Virus record (IMG/VR): IMGVR_UViG_3300042881_006586
Reading direction: 5' to 3' (one strand)
Source: a virus
DNA: 64,000 bases
Positions within the stretch are counted from its first letter, which is position 1. Every line of letters begins with the position of its first letter. This document shows, one piece after another, positions 60,754 through 64,000 of this stretch. The notes under the pieces were generated by a model that was given only the letters and a program-made list of their open reading frames with translations, was not told where the DNA came from and did no database searches. The translations under genes were made by a program, and so were the position numbers.

Positions 60754-60785
60754 AAAATGCACTCATCAAAAGGGTGCATTTTTTT
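60754..60785 (+). terminator. intrinsic terminator
   Basis: AAAATGCAC...GTGCATTTT + T-run. Confidence 0.7.
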
Positions 60786-60803
60786 ATCTTTTTTTGTGAA
60801 AAA

Positions 60804-60835
60804 TTTGGTTTTCTGATATGTATTTCATATGTTTG
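60804..60835 (+). promoter_or_regulatory. Bacteroidota-type promoter for the helicase
   Basis: TTTG-20nt-TATGTTTG. Confidence 0.65.
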
Positions 60836-60858
60836 TAGCACAATCTTAAAAAGACTCT

Positions 60859-63324
60859 ATGAAAAGTTTTGAAGACAAATCTCTTGCTTATTTTGGTAAA
60901 GATTATGAACTTAAAGTTCTAAAGAATCTTATAGGTACTTATGAACAAAAAGGGAATGGTGTTTTAAGAGATGATTCTTTCGGAAGAAAGATGATAAATA
61001 AAATGACTGCTGAACATTTCACAAATGATTTGGCAAGAAGAATTTTTGTCTTTTTGAAAAACTATTATGCTTCTAAGAATAAAATACCTTTCTATGATAC
61101 CATATCTTCTTTTGTAAGAGCTAAAGTGGAAAATGAATATGAACAAGAAATGATTTTTCAATACCTTTTAGACATTGAAAAAGTTTCTATGGAAGATTCC
61201 GAATGGGTTCAAGAGAATACTATCAGTTTCATAAATACAAAGAATCTTATTTCCTCTTGGAATAAATGTCTTGAAAATTATATCAACAAAGGAAAATATG
61301 ACAAGTATTCTGAGATATCAGAAATAATGACAGAAGCTATCGTTCAAATGAACGATGAAGCTCCTTTGGAGGCATTTGTTGCAGGTGACTATAGACACTT
61401 AGAAGAAGGAGAAAGACATCCTATTCCTACAGGAATTGAAGCACTTGATATTGATATGAATGGTGGGTTAGCCTATGGAGAATTTGCTTTGGTTATTGCT
61501 CCTTCGGGAATTGGTAAAGCTCAACCTTCTTTTTCAAAAGTTTATACTCCTGATGGGTATAAATTAATGAAAGACATAAAAGTTGGAGATAAAGTTTTTG
61601 GTTCTGATGGTAAACCTCAAACAGTATTAGGTGTTTTTCCTCAAGGTCAAAAAGAATACTATAAAGTCACAATGAATGATAATTCTTTCACATATTGTTG
61701 TAAAGAACATTTATGGACTGTTTATAAAGAAAATAAAAAGTTTACTTTACCATTAGAAAAAATAATGAATGATTTAAAGTATAATGGTAAAAGAAAGGCA
61801 TTAAAAAATAGAATACCTATAACTCCTGCAGTTGAATATGGTAAAAAAGATAATTATATTCATTCATATGTATTAGGAGTTTTATTAGGGGATGGTTGTT
61901 TATATGAAAATGGCAGTATAACTCTTTCTTGTAATGAAGATGAAGTTATAAAAGAATTTTCTTCAAAATTAAATAAAGGATGTTCTTTAAATTATAAAGA
62001 TAGATATGATTATAGAGTCATTTGTATAAAAGGATATGCAAATCCTATAAAAACTTGTTTAAGAGAATTAGGTTTATTAGGTAAAAAATCTGATACTAAA
62101 TTTATACCTGATAGTTATATGTTTACTTCTATTGAAGATAGGTTAGAATTATTAAGAGGATTAATAGATTCTGATGGATATGTTGGAAAAGGTGGGTGTA
62201 TTCAATATTCTTCAGTTTCAATAAACCTTATAAATAATATAAGAGATTTAATTAAATCGTTAGGTGGACATTGTGGTAAAATAAGAGCAAGAAATAAAAA
62301 ATATACTTATAAAGGTCAAAAAAAAGATGGCAAAATTTCTTATAATATTGCGTTTACCTTTAATGATGATATAAAATTATCTTATATTCAAAGAAAACAA
62401 GAAAGAATTAAACCAAGAAATTTATATAGTAAAAGTAAATATATTAAAGAAGTATCTTTAGAAGGTGTAGAAGAGTGTTATTGTATAAAAGTTTCCAATG
62501 AAGATAGTCTTTATGTTACAGATGATTTCATTTTAACTCATAATACCACGTTTGCCACACATACTGCAAATAACGGTGCAAAATTTGGCTATAATGTTCT
62601 TCAGATATTCTTTGAAGATACTGTTGAACAAATCAAAATGAAGCATATTTCCAAGTTAATTGGAAAACCTATCAATTTTTCTTCTAACAAAAAGAACAGA
62701 AAAACTGTTATGAAAGAAACAGATTCTAAGTTAGAGAAAATAAGAAATAGCGGAGGGTGTTTAGTACCATTATCAATGGATTCAACAGAAACAACTGTAG
62801 AAGACATTAAAAAGGTATATAAGAGAGCAATGGAACAAGGGGTTTATTTCCCTGATACAGGCGAATTGAAAAAGATAAAATTTGACTTAGTTCTTATTGA
62901 CTATATAGATTGTATTAAATCTAAAAGGCATTATGAAAAACAATGGGAAGGTCAAACTGAAATTGCAAGGGATTTAGAAAAACTTTGCGGAAAAGAAGAA
63001 TTGAATTTTGCATGTTGGGTCTTCACTCAAGGAACAAAAGGTTCTTTGAATACAAAAATAGTTACAGGTGAACAAATGGGCGGTGACTTTGGAAAGTATA
63101 AAGTAGCACATTTTGTTATGTCTTTTGCAAGAGATTTGGAACAACAATCACAAAATAAAGCAAATGTTACAATTCTAAAAAATCGTATGGGAAGAGCAGG
63201 AATTCTATATGAAGATTGTATATTTGATAATGGTAATATGTTAATAGAATTTAACAAAGAAGAATTTTTGACTGAAAAAACTGTAAATGATACGCTTGTA
63301 TCTTATTCAAATTCTTATGAATAG
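60859..63324 (+). CDS. dnaB: DnaB/gp41-like replicative helicase containing an intein
   Basis: IPTG, GGL, APSGIGK|TT split Walker A, IFFE, LIDY, KNRMG. Confidence 0.9.
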   Translation: MKSFEDKSLAYFGKDYELKVLKNLIGTYEQKGNGVLRDDSFGRKMINKMTAEHFTNDLARRIFVFLKNYYASKNKIPFYDTISSFVRAKVENEYEQEMIFQYLLDIEKVSMEDSEWVQENTISFINTKNLISSWNKCLENYINKGKYDKYSEISEIMTEAIVQMNDEAPLEAFVAGDYRHLEEGERHPIPTGIEALDIDMNGGLAYGEFALVIAPSGIGKAQPSFSKVYTPDGYKLMKDIKVGDKVFGSDGKPQTVLGVFPQGQKEYYKVTMNDNSFTYCCKEHLWTVYKENKKFTLPLEKIMNDLKYNGKRKALKNRIPITPAVEYGKKDNYIHSYVLGVLLGDGCLYENGSITLSCNEDEVIKEFSSKLNKGCSLNYKDRYDYRVICIKGYANPIKTCLRELGLLGKKSDTKFIPDSYMFTSIEDRLELLRGLIDSDGYVGKGGCIQYSSVSINLINNIRDLIKSLGGHCGKIRARNKKYTYKGQKKDGKISYNIAFTFNDDIKLSYIQRKQERIKPRNLYSKSKYIKEVSLEGVEECYCIKVSNEDSLYVTDDFILTHNTTFATHTANNGAKFGYNVLQIFFEDTVEQIKMKHISKLIGKPINFSSNKKNRKTVMKETDSKLEKIRNSGGCLVPLSMDSTETTVEDIKKVYKRAMEQGVYFPDTGELKKIKFDLVLIDYIDCIKSKRHYEKQWEGQTEIARDLEKLCGKEELNFACWVFTQGTKGSLNTKIVTGEQMGGDFGKYKVAHFVMSFARDLEQQSQNKANVTILKNRMGRAGILYEDCIFDNGNMLIEFNKEEFLTEKTVNDTLVSYSNSYE
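61519..62544 (+). mobile_element. 342-aa intein with LAGLIDADG homing endonuclease
   Basis: starts AQP after GK, ends THN before T; LGVLLGDG and LRGLIDSDG. Confidence 0.9.
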
Positions 63325-63444
63325 TTAAATAATTTTTTTATCCCCTTTTTTGAAAATTCTTTCTATATTTATAAAAACACAATTCAAAATTTAACCGAAG
63401 ATTTCCATTTCCCTATGGAAATCTTTTTAATCTAAATTAATAAC

Positions 63445-64000
63445 ATGGAAGAGAAAATTTTAACAGAAAGCAAAAACCGATTTGTATTATTTCCTATTGT
63501 ACACCAAGACATTTGGAATTTTAGAGAACTTCATTTGAATGCATTTTGGACAACAAAAGAATTAGATTTGACTAATGATATCCGTGATTGGGAGAAACTG
63601 TCTGAAAACGAAAAATTCTTCATAAAAAATGTATTATCATTCTTCGCAGCAAGTGATGGAATTGTAAATGAAAACTTAGCATTGAATTTTTATAATGAAG
63701 TTCAATATTCTGAAGCAAGGTCTTTCTATTCAATGCAAATTGCAATGGAAGATATACACTCTGAAACATATAGCTTACTTATTGATACCTATATCAAAAA
63801 TTCAGAAGAAAAAGATGATTGCTTCAATGCGATTGAAAGATTACCTGCTGTTGAAAAGAAAGCTAAATGGGCTTTAGATTGGATTCAAAATGCCTCTTTC
63901 CAAGAAAGATTGATTGCTTTTGCTGCAGTTGAAGGGATATTTTTCTCAGGTTCTTTCTGTTCAATCTTTTGGTTGAAATCAAGAGGATTGATGTCAGGAC
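63445..64000 (+). CDS. nrdB: class Ia ribonucleotide reductase beta subunit, runs off the right edge
   Basis: [40 protein letters not shown]; not in the ORF track. Confidence 0.95.
   Translation, partial: MEEKILTESKNRFVLFPIVHQDIWNFRELHLNAFWTTKELDLTNDIRDWEKLSENEKFFIKNVLSFFAASDGIVNENLALNFYNEVQYSEARSFYSMQIAMEDIHSETYSLLIDTYIKNSEEKDDCFNAIERLPAVEKKAKWALDWIQNASFQERLIAFAAVEGIFFSGSFCSIFWLKSRGLMSG

Noticed and set aside
329-63877. Many 60-125 aa antisense or overlapping ORFs in the track (e.g. 329, 6814, 25266, 42501, 55739, 63695)
   Set aside because: They are shadows of well-supported genes on the other strand or frame; 63695 lies inside nrdB
1-64000. Alternative genetic code (stop-codon reassignment seen in some large phages)
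   Set aside because: Long genes are intact in the standard code, and TAA, TAG and TGA all end genes at sensible positions
1-64000. tRNA, rRNA or CRISPR arrays
   Set aside because: Intergenic gaps are short; no cloverleaf or repeat-spacer pattern was seen by eye

Overview
AT-rich (roughly 27-30% GC by eye), gene-dense segment of a large T4-like myovirus (jumbo-phage type) genome that uses the standard code. The host is probably in Bacteroidota, judged from TAnnTTTG promoters before replication genes. Gene order: late sigma factor; glycosyltransferase/methyltransferase cluster with GMP reductase and dUTPase; small head-associated ORFs; a variable locus (kinase, two LRR paralogs, small ORF) with duplicated junction scars; a large family-B DNA polymerase with non-canonical active-site motifs; neck, sheath, tube, tape measure and baseplate genes; then a replication block (SSB-like, 5'-3' exonuclease, DnaB with a class-3 intein, nrdB). 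Highlights: (1) CYRG (CCAG/CTGG/CCGG/CTAG) and GATC appear almost absent, and normally conserved Pro-Gly motifs have been replaced in several enzymes. (2) A perfect bacterial parS palindrome sits in the replication module. (3) Cassettes are stacked between duplicated gene ends and encode effector-like proteins with shared capsid-targeting-like leaders. (4) A candidate +1/-2 tail-chaperone frameshift. (5) A possible virion-glycosylation system: a GT cluster plus [ST]GxT-rich virion proteins. All assignments are from motif recognition by eye; no searches or counts were run.
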